From the NCBI GenBank assembly GCA_951406725.2, contig OX597834.1, positions 22,568,001 to 22,632,000 of the forward strand: a DNA stretch of 64,000 nt, read 5' to 3'. Below are positions 46,630 through 58,503 of the stretch, piece by piece (the first letter of the stretch is position 1; every line of letters begins with the position of its first letter). The DNA comes from Octopus vulgaris (Eukaryota). The translations under genes and the position numbers were made by a program. The notes under the pieces are model-generated. The model made no database searches, was not told the origin of the DNA, and saw nothing but the letters and a program-made list of their open reading frames with translations.

Positions 46630-47225
46630 CATCATCATCATCATCGTTTAACGTCCGTTTTCCACGCTAGCACGGGTTGGACGGTTCGACCGGGGTCTGG
46701 GAAGCCAGGGGGTGCACCAGGCTCCAGTCTGATCTGGCAGAGTTTCTACAGCTGGATGCCCTTCCTAACGCCAACCACTCCGCGAGTGTAGTGGGTGCTT
46801 TTTACATGCCACCTGCACAGGTGCCAGGGGGGTCCGGCATCGGCCACGATCGGTTGGAGCTTTTAACGTGCCACCGGCACGAAAGCCAGCCAAGGCGGCG
46901 CTGGCAACGGCCACGTTCGGATGGTGCTTTTTATGTGCCACCGGCACAGAAGCCAGTCGGGGCGTCGCTGGCATCGGCCACGTTCGGATGGTGCTTTTTA
47001 TGTGCCACCGGCGCAGAAGCCAGTCGGGGCGTCGCTGGTATCGGCCACGTTCGGATGGTGCTTTTTATGTGCCACCGGCACAGAAGCCAGTCGAGGTGGC
47101 GCTGGCAACGGCCACAAACGGATGGTGCTTTTTATGTGCCACCGGCACAGGTATCACAACTACTATTTCCATTGATATTTATTTCGATGTTCATGTTCAT
47201 GTACTTGACTCAACAGGTCTCCAAA
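46630..47225 (-). mobile_element. Family-C SINE with an expanded internal 67-bp tandem array
   Basis: GTGCCACCGG starts at 46868, 46935, 47002, 47069 and 47136 (exact period 67), plus a diverged unit at 46806. Other family-C copies lie at about 5290-5470, 21651-21775, 28668-28950, 30635-30730, 40997-41330, 42220-42510, 45950-46235, 48118-48260, 52533-52720, 53570-53810 and 55350-55555. Confidence 0.9.
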
Positions 47226-47721
47226 AAACACTTAGGGCAGTTGAAACAATGACCTACACCAGTGCACTTGGAGGTAAATTGTTACCAACATTAGTGCACC
47301 CAATATTTTGAATTCCTGTCAGTCAAACCAGACAAAACATTTACACACACACACCCATAAACACATTGGGAATGAACTGAAAAAGAGCGGATAGTGCACT
47401 CAATATGATTTATTTCTACATGTCAGGGTGTGTATTAGGGTGTTCAGTTAGGTCAAGTCACAGTAGAAAGGACATAACAGGATTATATGTCAGGCTTAAT
47501 GAAAAAAGTCTTCTACTTCGAAGCCAGCTTGATAGGTGTTAAGAAGTGCAAAACTCTTGGCCCATGAGTCACTTTGTAACTTCTGCTAACACTACATAAA
47601 TATATTGTCACCATATTTCATTCCATAATGGCTACCTCTGAAGAATGCAGGGTTACATAATTGGACTCTTACCTAACCCCTAACCCCTATAGCAAAACCA
47701 ATTGGTGAGATCACCCATAAT

Positions 47722-48084
47722 GGATATATATAAATGGCAAAATGTCTGTGTGTGTGTCCTTTATACAAATCCACAATTTTCCAGTTAGAGGGCTCGCACT
47801 GTCTATGGTCAATCAAAACCATCCAAGGGTGGTTGTGCACATCTTTACTTTTCCCCAGTCACCCTGCAAAGCCATTAAAAAATCAATAGAAGTGACTTTT
47901 TTGTGAATTTTCTATCCAAAACCCAATCAAAATGCCTGAAACTTGATACGCCAATTAAATGCCAGCTAGCTGTATGTGACTGGCCGGAGATTTGGACAGT
48001 ACTCGCGTGTATGTGCGCACGCATGCAGCTGTATATGCATGCACTAGCACTGTGACCTGGCGTTCCTGGATCACAGTGCTAGTG
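47722..48084 (+). mobile_element. Helitron-like non-autonomous element
   Basis: Begins ATATATATAAATGGCAAAATGTCTGTGTG. Ends in a perfect 14-bp stem, CACTAGCACTGTGA (48042-48055) / TCACAGTGCTAGTG (48071-48084), with a terminal CTAG. Confidence 0.45.
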
Positions 48085-48526
48085 GATATATAAAACTGTA
48101 AACTTCGATTAATATATATATCATCATCATCACTTAGCATCTGCTTTCCATGATGGCATGGGTTAGATGGTTTAACTGGAACTGGTTAGCCAGAGAGCTG
48201 CACCAAGTTCCAGTCAGATCTGGCTGGATGCCTCGAACGCCATGCATCCTTTTCCAAGTAAGTTATATATATACGGAGAGAGAGAGAGAGAGACAGTGAG
48301 AGAGAGATAAGTGTAGACATAGCTGTGTAGTAAGTTTGCTCCCAACCACATGGTCCTGGGTTCAGTTCCACTACATGCACCTTAGGCAAATGCTTTCTAC
48401 TATAGTCCTGGGCCAACCAAAGCCTTTTGAATGGATTTGGTCAACCGAAACTGAAACAAGCTTGTTGTGTATGTGTGTGTGTATATATATATATGCATAT
48501 GTGAGTGTGTGTATATATATATATTT

Positions 48527-48750
48527 CTTTACTGCCCACAAGGGGCTAAACATAGAGGGGACAAACAAGGACAGACGAAGGGATTGAGTCGATTATATCA
48601 ACCCCAGTGCGAAACTGGTACTTTATTTATCGATCCCGAAAGGATACAAGGCAAAGTTGACCTCGGCGGAATTTGAACTCAGAACGTAACGACAGACAAA
48701 ATACCGCTAAGCATTTCGCCCGGCGCGCTAACGTATCTGCCAGCTCGCCT
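48527..48750 (-). mobile_element. Family-A SINE, young copy
   Basis: Near-consensus head, CORE and tail with CpGs retained. Confidence 0.85.
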
Positions 48751-49100
48751 ATATATATATATATATATGCATACACACACACACATATATATATACACAC
48801 GCATACGCATACATATATGAATGTATATGAGTGTGTTTGTGTCTCCTTGTCTTGACATTGTGTGTAAGATGCAAATGAGTGCCATCATCATCCATTTCCA
48901 ATATTCTGCAAAATCATGTCTGGTCATGGGGAAATATATCACCTTGCTTGGTAACAGGTGAGGGTCAGTGACAGGAAGAGCATCGGGCTGTAGAAAATCT
49001 ACCCCAAATAAATTCTGTCCGACCCATTCAAGCATGGAGAAGTGGCCATTTAAATGAAGGTTCTGATGCTGATTATGATTACAATTTTCACACTCATACA

Positions 49101-49291
49101 TTACTCTTTTACTTGTTTCAGTCATTTGACAGTGGCCATGCTGGAGCACCGCCTTTAATCAAGCAACTCGACCCCGGGACTTATTCTTTTGTAAGCCCAG
49201 TACTTATTCTATCGGTCTCTTTTGCCGAACCGCTAAGTAACGGGGACATAAACACACCAGCATCAGTTGTCAAGCAATGCCAGGGGGACAA

Positions 49292-49322
<31 letters not shown>

Positions 49323-49484
49323 CATATATACGACGGGCTTCTTTCAGTTTCCATCTACCAAATCCACTCACAAGGCTTTGGTTGGCCCGAGGCTATAGTA
49401 GAAGACACTTGCCCAAGGTGCCACGCAGTGGGACTGAACCCAGAACCATGTGGTTGGTAAACAAGCTACTTACCACACAGCCAC
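49101..49484 (-). mobile_element. Family-B SINE
   Basis: Collinear with 19028-19432. Other family-B copies or halves lie at about 18070-18420, 22455-22640, 38170-38590, 39600-39800, 42790-42935, 44090-44280, 48305-48500, 51820-52010 and 57290-57450. Confidence 0.85.
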
Positions 49485-49977
49485 GATATTGTTTAACCAC
49501 AGGTCAGTTCCATAATTAAGCAGACCAATGATCAACAGTATTCCAGCTGTGACCATCAAATTCGATGACTGGCATCTGTGCTAGTGGAGCACTAAGAGCA
49601 CCATCCGAGCGTGATCGTTGCCAGAGCTTCTCTCTTTATCCCTTTTGATACCAACCTGGCTGAAACTGCCTCTGGCTCTGAGTACAAATGTCTTGTTTTC
49701 ATAAGTTTTGAATTAAAATCTTCCACCAAATCTTAGTCACAATTTATGTTCCTCACACCAGCTTAGTGATAACTAAATCATTTTACTAAATTCTTTGTTA
49801 TATTTAAAATTAATTGAAAGGAAACACAGAGCATCTCAAAATAAATATGGTAACAAAAGGGTTAAGACAGTGGGGCGTGAATTGAAAGAAATTGGTTACT
49901 GTTTCTAGCAGACTGGTTAACTGCATAGTGGTATTTCTCATTAATATATAAAATATGATATATATATTAATATATAA

Positions 49978-50218
49978 AAGACGGCGAGCTGGCAGAAATG
50001 TTAGCACACCGGGCGAAATGCGTAGCCGTATTTCGTCTGCTGTTACGTTCTGAGTTCAAATTCCGCCGAGGTCGACTTTGCCTTTCATCCTTTCGGGATC
50101 GATAAATTAAGTACCAGTTATGCACTGGGTTTGATGTAATCGACTTAATCCGTTTGTCTGTCCTTGTTTGTCCCCTCTGTGTTTAACCCCTTGTGGGTAG
50201 TAAAGAAATAGGTATTTC
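49978..50218 (+). mobile_element. Family-A SINE, young copy
   Basis: Near-consensus; ends AAAGAAATAGGTATTTC. Confidence 0.9.
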
Positions 50219-50669
50219 TCATACCATTGGCTCATTATCTCAATAGGCCCTACAGAGTCAATAAGTGCTAATCTCCATTGGCAGATATATATAGATATAT
50301 ATATATATATATATATATGTCATGGACTCTCCAATTATTAGACAACACATGAGAGTTCAGCAATTTCTGGCCGAACAACCTCAATGATGATTTGTTTAAA
50401 GTGTTCAAATGTTTGTGTACACATAAGCACACTCCCTCTATCAAATCAACAGACCTGTACAGGTGCAACTGGGTACTACATGTCAGATGACAAAATGATT
50501 GCATATCATAAGATTAATGAGAAAGATCATAAAAACATTAAAGATAAAAATCTAAATAAATACCATTGCACTGTAACTATGGGTACAAATCTTAATTCGT
50601 AATGATTCATCTATAGAAAAATTGCAATTAATTTTAGGGCAGAAAAATTTTAATTAATTTCCATTACAA

Positions 50670-51310
50670 GATTATGATCAGATTCTTCAACTATGAAATT
50701 ATAATTACCTTAGTGCTAAGTTATGATTATCACAGGGCTAAAGTTAAGACTGCTCAGGGCTAAAAGTTATGATCGGCTGACAGCTAATAGTTACGATTAA
50801 CTCAGAGATAAAAGTTATAATTAGCATGGGACTAAAGTTACGACTAATTAGCAAGGTAAAAAGTTATAATTAACTGTGACTAGCTTACGGCTAACAGCTT
50901 TAAATTTATAAAATTAATGACTAGCTGAGGGTTAGAAAGTTATAATTAGTTCAGGACTAAAAGTTGTGAATAGCTTAGGTCTAAAAGATAAGACTAGCTT
51001 AAGGACTAAGTTATGATTAGCTAAGGACTAAGTTATGATTTGTTCAGGGCTAAAAGTTATGAGTAGCTCATGGATAAAGTTATGATTAGCACAGTGTTAC
51101 AAGTTATGATCAGATTAGGGCTAAACGTTATAATTACTGAGGGATAATATCATGATTAGCTTCAGGTGAAAATTACCATCAGCTAAGGTATAAAAATTAA
51201 CAATTAGGTTAGGGCTGAAAATTGCAATAATCTTCAGTTAAAAATCTACGATTAAGTTTCAGCTAAAATAAACAAACATATAAAAAATTATGATTAGTCT
51301 TCAGCTAAAA
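50670..51310. repeat. Degenerate ~24-bp minisatellite, roughly 25 units
   Basis: Approximate consensus AAAAGTTATGATTAGCTCAGGGCT. Confidence 0.85.
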
Positions 51311-52715
51311 AAATGCAACAATAATTTTGGTAAGGCTGTAAACGAGTGTTTATAATTAGTTCAGTAATGGACTGTATAGAAACAGTCTGAAAATCTATTT
51401 ACATAACAGAGTCAATGTTGATATGAATAGAGAGAATTAACTTAGAGGAGGGGTGGGAAACAAGAACTTGTATTGATTTCGTTCTTTTTTCCATTTTTCT
51501 CCATTTTTTTAATATATTTTCTCCTATATTTTGTGGGGAGCGGTGGGGAGACAGAGAAAGGGAGTTGTGGAGCCTGTTGTCTAACTTTACAATCACAAAC
51601 AGTTATTTTTGCCTTTGTTCGTTACAGAAATAATCTTCATTCTCATTATGTATTTATTCTAATATACGCATAAATACATATATGTGCATGTATATCTATC
51701 TATATCTCTATATAAATATGTATGTATGTATGTATGTATGTATATATATATATATGTATATATATGTATGCATATATGTATATATATGTATGCGGATATA
51801 TATGTATATGTATGTATATATATATATATATCTGTGTGTGTGTGTGTTGACAACCGATGTGGGTGTGTGTATGTCCCCATAACTTAGCAGTTCGACAAAA
51901 GAGCCTGATAGAATAAGTACTAGACTTACAAAGAATAAATCCTGGGTTTGGTTTGTTCAACTGAAGGCAGAGCTCCAGCAGAGCCACAGTCAAATGACTG
52001 AAACAAATATATATATATCTTATATTTTGTCATAACTGTGACAGATTCTTCCACAGATATGACAAAAGTAACAATGTAAATAATTTGAGTTCCGTTATTG
52101 ATGAGAAAATGTTAAGGAAATGGTTTTATATCCTTTGTGTTTGAAGTCTATGCGGTCATCTGACAAGAATGGTTACTTTCAAATGACGTAATGTTTTCAT
52201 TAATCAATTAAAGGAGTCGCTTGAAATGACCGTAATGAATTGACACCAGTATGTCTTTGCTACTCATTTGTATTTTATTCACCTGACTTGGAATCTGCAG
52301 TTCGGAAATACCACAGAAACTACCTTTATAAAAAGTACGTCTGAATTACCAAGAGTGAATATCTTTGCTTCGGTGGGTTGCATTGTCTGCACACATGGCA
52401 GGAATATCAGGTACAAACACCCCTGCACAGAGTTTTGATATTCAAAATTGGATTAATATTGTTTGGGTGTGCAGATTATACTGACCTACAAGGTACCTTA
52501 ATTAAAGTACCAAATTCAACTGACTCTTAATTATCATCATCATCACCATTTAACGTCCGTTTTCCATGCTAGCATGGGTTGGACGGTTCAACTGGTCTGG
52601 TAAGCCATGGAGGCTGCACCAGGCTCCAGTCTGATTTGGCAGTGTTTCTACAGCTGGATGCCCTTCCTAACGCCAACCACTCCGTGAGTGTGGTGGGTAT
52701 TTTTTTATGTGCCAC

Positions 52716-52750
<35 letters not shown>

Positions 52751-52821
52751 CGGAGTAAACACATAAATGTGAAACAAGGTGGAAAAAAGAGTACTCAAAT
52801 ACCAGTGGTAGAGTAATATGC

Positions 52822-52946
52822 TTTATTTAAAGCAGCAGAAAATTCAACAAAATCTGTTACTCTGAGTTTCTCTAGCAAAAACTGTCTGATGAACGGCAAC
52901 GAGAAACTCAGAGTAACAGATTTTGTTGAATTTTCTGCTGCTTTAA

Positions 52947-52951
<5 letters not shown>
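52822..52951. repeat. Inverted repeat, 51-bp arms, 28-nt spacer
   Basis: 52822-52872 versus 52901-52951 are perfect reverse complements; the element is flanked by (TA)n. Confidence 0.95.
52882..52919 (+). ncRNA. Minimal type I hammerhead ribozyme
   Basis: CUGU-CUGAUGA-A CG GCAA CG A-GAA-ACUC A GAGU-A/ACAG. Stem I has 4 bp, stem II 2 bp with a GNRA loop, helix III is quasi-palindromic, triplet GUA. Confidence 0.65.
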
Positions 52952-52988
<37 letters not shown>

Positions 52989-53814
52989 GGCAAGGAAGAA
53001 AATGTAGAAGATAATTGACAAACATCAGCCTGCAAACATCAATTCGATCTATTTATTAATTACAATCTATGTATAAATAAATAAATAAATAAATGAGAAT
53101 AAATGGGTGAATAATACTATACTCTTACAGCTGTCTCTACTTTGACGGTCCATCCTGTCAAAGTTGGCACATCATACCAATATTATACATCGTATCTTGA
53201 ATGTATTCATAACAGAATAACATATCCCTAACCGCACATATTATTTGTTACCTCTCTTAGTATTTAAGGCCCCTTAGACAATTCATTCCTTGAATATTTT
53301 CTTATATTTGTTTTGTATTTTATTGATAGACTTAATGGACTCTCATAATGCCACTGTTTTCAAATATTAGCGGACCAATTAAGTTGTAGGATTGGAATTG
53401 GCCTTACCCTACTCGTCATAGGGGTATTATGATGAGATTTTTGTTAACAAATAATAACAGAACACTTAATTTATACCCAAATTATTTCTTCATTGATATA
53501 GTTATGTATTGATTTCCCCAACACAGCAAGACATCTTTTCCTCTCAACACCTGGCACACAGCTACTCAGCTACACCCTTACTCAAATGAGAAGGCTTTTT
53601 CTTTGTCTTGCAAGTTACTTGGTGACCTCACTAGTGCTGGTGCCGTGAGAAAAGCACTCAGTATACCCTTGTAGGAACAGCAGACATCCATCTGTAGAAG
53701 CCATGCCAAACAGACATTGAAGCTTGACACAGTCCTGTAGATTGTTGGATCTGGTGAAACCATCCAGTCATACCATCAAGAAAGGGAGACATTAAATGGT
53801 AATGATGATGCAAT

Positions 53815-54052
53815 AAGGCAGCAAGCTGGCAGAAACGTTAGCACACTGGGCGAAATACTTAGCGGTATTTCGTCTGCCACTACGTTCTGAGTTCAAATTC
53901 CGTTGAGGTCGACTTTGCCTTTGATCCTTTCGGGGATCGATTAAATAAGTACCAGTTACGCACTGGGGTCGATATAATCGACTTAATCCGTTTGTCTGTC
54001 CTTGTTTGTCCTCTCTGTGTTTAGCCCCTTGTGGGTAGTGAAGAAATAGGTA
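53815..54052 (+). mobile_element. Family-A SINE
   Basis: Near-consensus head, CORE and tail. Confidence 0.85.
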
Positions 54053-54632
54053 ATGATGATGCAAATATGCAACCAGTTTCTTTCCCTTTCTATCGGCCAA
54101 ATCCGTTCACAAGGTTTCGGTTGGCCCAGTTATATAGTAGAAGATATATGTCCAAAATGCCAAGCAGTGGGTGTGAACCAAAAACCACTTTTCTTAATCA
54201 CACACTGTATCTATATAAACAGCTTGTTGCTCTCAGATCCTAACATATATCACATATTCCTGCATTCCTCAGAGATCTATAAAATAAACTCCACTAACAT
54301 TACTTGAAGGTGGTCATGGTGGAGATGAGGTCAATGGAGGTAACCAACTCTATTTACTCCCACCACTTCCCTCCTTCTCTACCCATTCACACAATGAAAA
54401 TGATAAAAAAAAATCCTAACATGTCTTTGTACTTAGTCATGAGAAATCATTATACAGTTCATGTTTATTTCTATTCAGTTATCTGGTTAAGTGTTTTGTA
54501 TTAATATGGTTTATTGATGAACGAGACCCCCACTAATGTTCAGTCTGTATTTGCATACTATCATATATTTATATATTTTCCTAAAAACTCATGTTTGTAT
54601 ATGGTATGTGAACATGTTTGTTTGTGTGTGTG

Positions 54633-54674
<42 letters not shown>

Positions 54675-54675
<1 letters not shown>

Positions 54676-54977
54676 GAGGCGCAATGGCCCAGTGGTTAGG
54701 GCAGCGGACTCGCAGTTGTAGGATTGCGGTTTTGATTCCTAGACCGGGCGTTGTGAGTGTTTATTGAGCGAAAACACCTAAAGCTCCATGAGGCTCCTGC
54801 AGGGGGTGGTGGCGATCCCTGCTGTACTCTTTCGCCACAACTTTCTCTCACTCTTTCTTCTGTTGGCCTGCTCGCTTAGCCAGCGGGGTGGCGTCATTTG
54901 AAGGCTAAAAAACAATGCGAAGCGCATTGTGACCAGCGATGTGTAGCAACATCTGATAGCCTGGTCGGTCACAGTGA
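54675..54977 (+). mobile_element. tRNA-derived SINE (family G) inserted in (TA)n
   Basis: A box TGGCCCAGTGG, B-box-like GGTTTTGATTCC, CpG-rich body, (TA)n on both sides. Confidence 0.75.
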
Positions 54978-57499
54978 TATATATATATTTAAAAATAGAA
55001 TAAAATATTTATAAGAATTTATCAAGTATTCAGCGTGAAAAACCTCATAGGGGAAAAATTTTTACTTATTCCCTTTAAATATATTTATATTAAGGGGTAT
55101 CTATACTAAGAGGGTTACATTTCTAGGAGCAATTTCATGATCATTCATGACCGAAGTGTGACCTTTGTATGCGTTTAGGTCACCATGTCTCAACATTGCT
55201 CAATGGTTATAAATGAGTGTCAACAGTCATACAAGCAGTCTTGTTCATTTGCAAACTTCCATGGAAACAGGGCTGGCCATGGGGTAATATTACCTTTGAG
55301 ATCCTAAAGCCAAGGTGTCATGTAGAAAAACACAGGTGTTGATGCCACTTAAAAAGCACCTATGACGGTGCCACATAAAAAGCAACCCAGTACACTCTGT
55401 GGAGTGGCTGGCATTAGGAAGTGCATCCAGCCATAGAAATCTTGCCAAAATAGACTATGGAACCTGATGCATTCCCTAGCCTTACCAGTTCCTGTCAAGC
55501 TGTCCAACCCATGCCAGCATGGAAAATGAATGTTAGATGGTGATGATGATGATAGAAATAAGTGAGGAGTTGGTGACAGAAAGGACATACCAACCATGGA
55601 AAATCACTTCAGTGAATTCTGTTTGACCCATGCAATCATGAAGAAGGGGATGTTAAAACAATGATGGTGATGATGATGATGTTAATGAAAGTAGCCCAGA
55701 ATTTCTCAGGGCAAGTTGAAGGGGCGAGGAGAATCAGGGACTGCGAAACTTAGAAAAGGGGAGGAAAGGGGCGAGTGAATTGTCATGTTTAACCCTTTTA
55801 GTGTTTAAACCGGCTATATCCGGCCCAAATATTCTACTCATTTTATGCTCAAACTGGCCAGAACCAGTATCTCACACCTACCCTGCAATGTCATTCTAAA
55901 AATAAACAATTACATCTTTCAAATCTTGAAGCTTCAAGATAATACCAGATTAATTTTTTAAAATGTAAATGAATAAAGATTACTATTGACATATTAATTT
56001 GAATGCTAAAGGGTTAATGAAATTAAAATAGTTTCTAGATTTTTTAAAACTTGTACAACACCATGGCAAAGATAGAAAAATAAGATGGATGCAAACTCTA
56101 TTTTGTTGTCTTATTATAAGATGCAAAAGGTTCCATCTTGTTTTCTAAATGGGTATGCCACCCATAATGCAGAGGAGAGGAGGGGAAGATAAACAACTAC
56201 AGGAGACTGACCAACAACTATTAGTTTGTACTGTTCGCCATTGAGACCTCAGATGTTCTTGGGCCCCACATTGCTGATTTCCTCTGCAAAATCACGGTAA
56301 CTGCAGCCTGTCTGAGAAATGAACCACACAAGGTGGTATGACTGTTGTAGTGAATATCACTGGCCATTCTCTGCAGAAATACTTTTGCAATCATGTCAGC
56401 GAGGCACTGCTGAACACACCATTTGTTCTGGAATGTACAAACCATTACTCCCTCTTCCCCATCTTCTACTGCTTAATACCCCCTCCCTATTTTTCTTCTT
56501 TTTTTTCCTTGGTGAAGTTGTTATGGAGTTTATTTTTTTCTGTCAATAATCTGATCCTTTATACTTTTAATTTCTCTCCTTTCTTTCCTTCCTGTAAAAA
56601 CATGTTCTTAATAGAATGTCTCTTATTCAATCACTCTATTGATCAGGTTGCCTAGAACAAACGGTGCCAATATTGAGCAATGAGGTTCTTTGTAATTTTT
56701 TCTTTTTTTGTGGAGTACAGAGTAACCTAATTAGTGAGAGCAATTATTTTTTTCTTTTGAAGAGGGGGGGTGTTTTTATTTTTTGAAGGGGGGAGGGGGG
56801 AGCTGGATTTTGTTTTTGTCTTTTTGCTAGTGTTGCCCTTGCCCCCAGCAAAGTGTCCAGCTGATTGACTGACCAATCATGTATGGCACAAGAAACACCC
56901 CAACTAATTTGAGAGCATTAATGTGGTTGCTTAACCTGCTAGATATAGTAGTTTAATCACCCTCAAATCATCTCCAACTGTTTGGAAAAAAAAAAGATAC
57001 ATACATTTGATAGTATAGACCTTCATACATAAAAAGACAGGATTGTTATGGTTGGATTATTCAGGGCTGACAAGGGGTTAAATAACATGACTTACGATCC
57101 TTTATAGAGACCACATATTCATAACATTGCAAAAGGAACTCTTTAGTCCTGTCAAGGACATGACAACCTCTCTCATGCCGGTGTACAGTGGCTGATGTTA
57201 GGAAAGGCATCCAGCTGTAGAAACACGTCAAAACTAGAACATACGAGTGGAAATGAAGATCACTTGCCTGACAGTGATGCTTGTTTTTACAACTATTGTG
57301 TGATGCCAAGACACACACACACACACGACTGGCTTCCTTCAGTTTCCGTCTACCACATCCACTCACAAGACTTTAGAAGACATTCGCTCAAGATGCCACT
57401 GAGTGGGACTAAACCCGAAACCAAAAGGTTGAGAAAAAAGCTTCTTAACGATAATTTCTATTCCAAAAACTTTGAAATTTACAAATATTTTTGTTTACT

Positions 57500-58350
57500 T
57501 TTCAAAGTGTGTCGTCTTAACAAAGACAGTCTCTTTTCAACGATGCACGCGTAATAAGCAAACTCAACGAAGTGTGGAGAAATGAAAACAGTAACTTCAA
57601 TTAACAAACCTTATCTAGCATAATAATTATAACATATTTTGAAGATAATACTTATTCGCTTCGGTAATTCAGAAAAGAACAGCTATTTTCGTATATTTTT
57701 CCATTTGTGTTGGTTTCATTTTGAATGAATAATGTCCCTTTCGTTTAACACTACCTTTTAAAATAAATCCCCTGTCGTATTTTCGCTTGTGCGAAATACG
57801 AAGGTGACATTACAAATTTCGGAGACGTACTTACTAGCTAAGTGATTTGATCTGAGACCGTGTGTTGAAGCTAAAACGATTACAACATGCTAAACACTTG
57901 CTACCCACAAAGACAGTTAACTTCACTTAAACATTTATTTATGCAGTGTTTCTATAAAGTTAAGTTGCTGCGTGGATGTTATTTAGGCAACAATTAACGG
58001 TGTTCCTCAAGACTTAAGTAACCTAGTCGAAGCTATCTGAATTTCAGATGTGTATTTGTCAAGCAGGTAATTTGATGTGAGGTTACTGAAATTCTGAGCA
58101 ATGCTGTTTACTTGTTGCCTAAATAAGATCGCAATTATGTAACCACTTTCACTTCATTAAAACACCGCATGATAAATGTTTAACAGTTTTTGTGTATTTT
58201 GGGATGGTTAATATGTCTTCCACACTGCAATTACAAGCAAAATTATCCCTCTACCGATTGTGGGAATGAAACGGCATCAGAAATGCAGCTTTCGAGACGT
58301 AGCGAGAGATAGGGAGGGATTTTAACAACAGAAGTATAAAAATAACATAG
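57500..58350. promoter_or_regulatory. CpG-retaining unique sequence; possible promoter or first exon on the minus strand
   Basis: Visibly CpG-richer than neighbouring unique DNA; minus-strand donor-like GCTA/GTAAGT at ~57829-57838. Confidence 0.25.
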
Positions 58351-58503
58351 AATACGTCCACTGTACGGCACCTTGAGCAAGTGTCTTCAACTATAGCTTC
58401 GGACAGACCAAAGCCTTGTGACTGGATTTGGTAGACGGAAACTTAAATAAGCCTGTTATAGTTACGTGCGTTTATGTATGTATGTGTGTGTGTGTGTGTG
58501 TGT

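Noticed and set aside
46806-47150. Regularly spaced repeats as a CRISPR-like array (also the 33-bp and 24-bp arrays)
   Set aside because: The units are contiguous tandem copies with no unique spacers, there are no cas genes, and the context is eukaryotic.
47672-47690. Telomere-like CCTAACCCCTAACCCC
   Set aside because: Only two imperfect units.
54675-54760. tRNA-like sequence (also the heads of families A, B and H)
   Set aside because: A/B boxes are present but there is no complete cloverleaf, and each continues into a SINE body; these are SINE heads, not tRNA genes.
56221-56445. 74-aa minus-strand ORF resembling an RLE C-terminus (LQRK)
   Set aside because: Similarity too weak to distinguish from chance.
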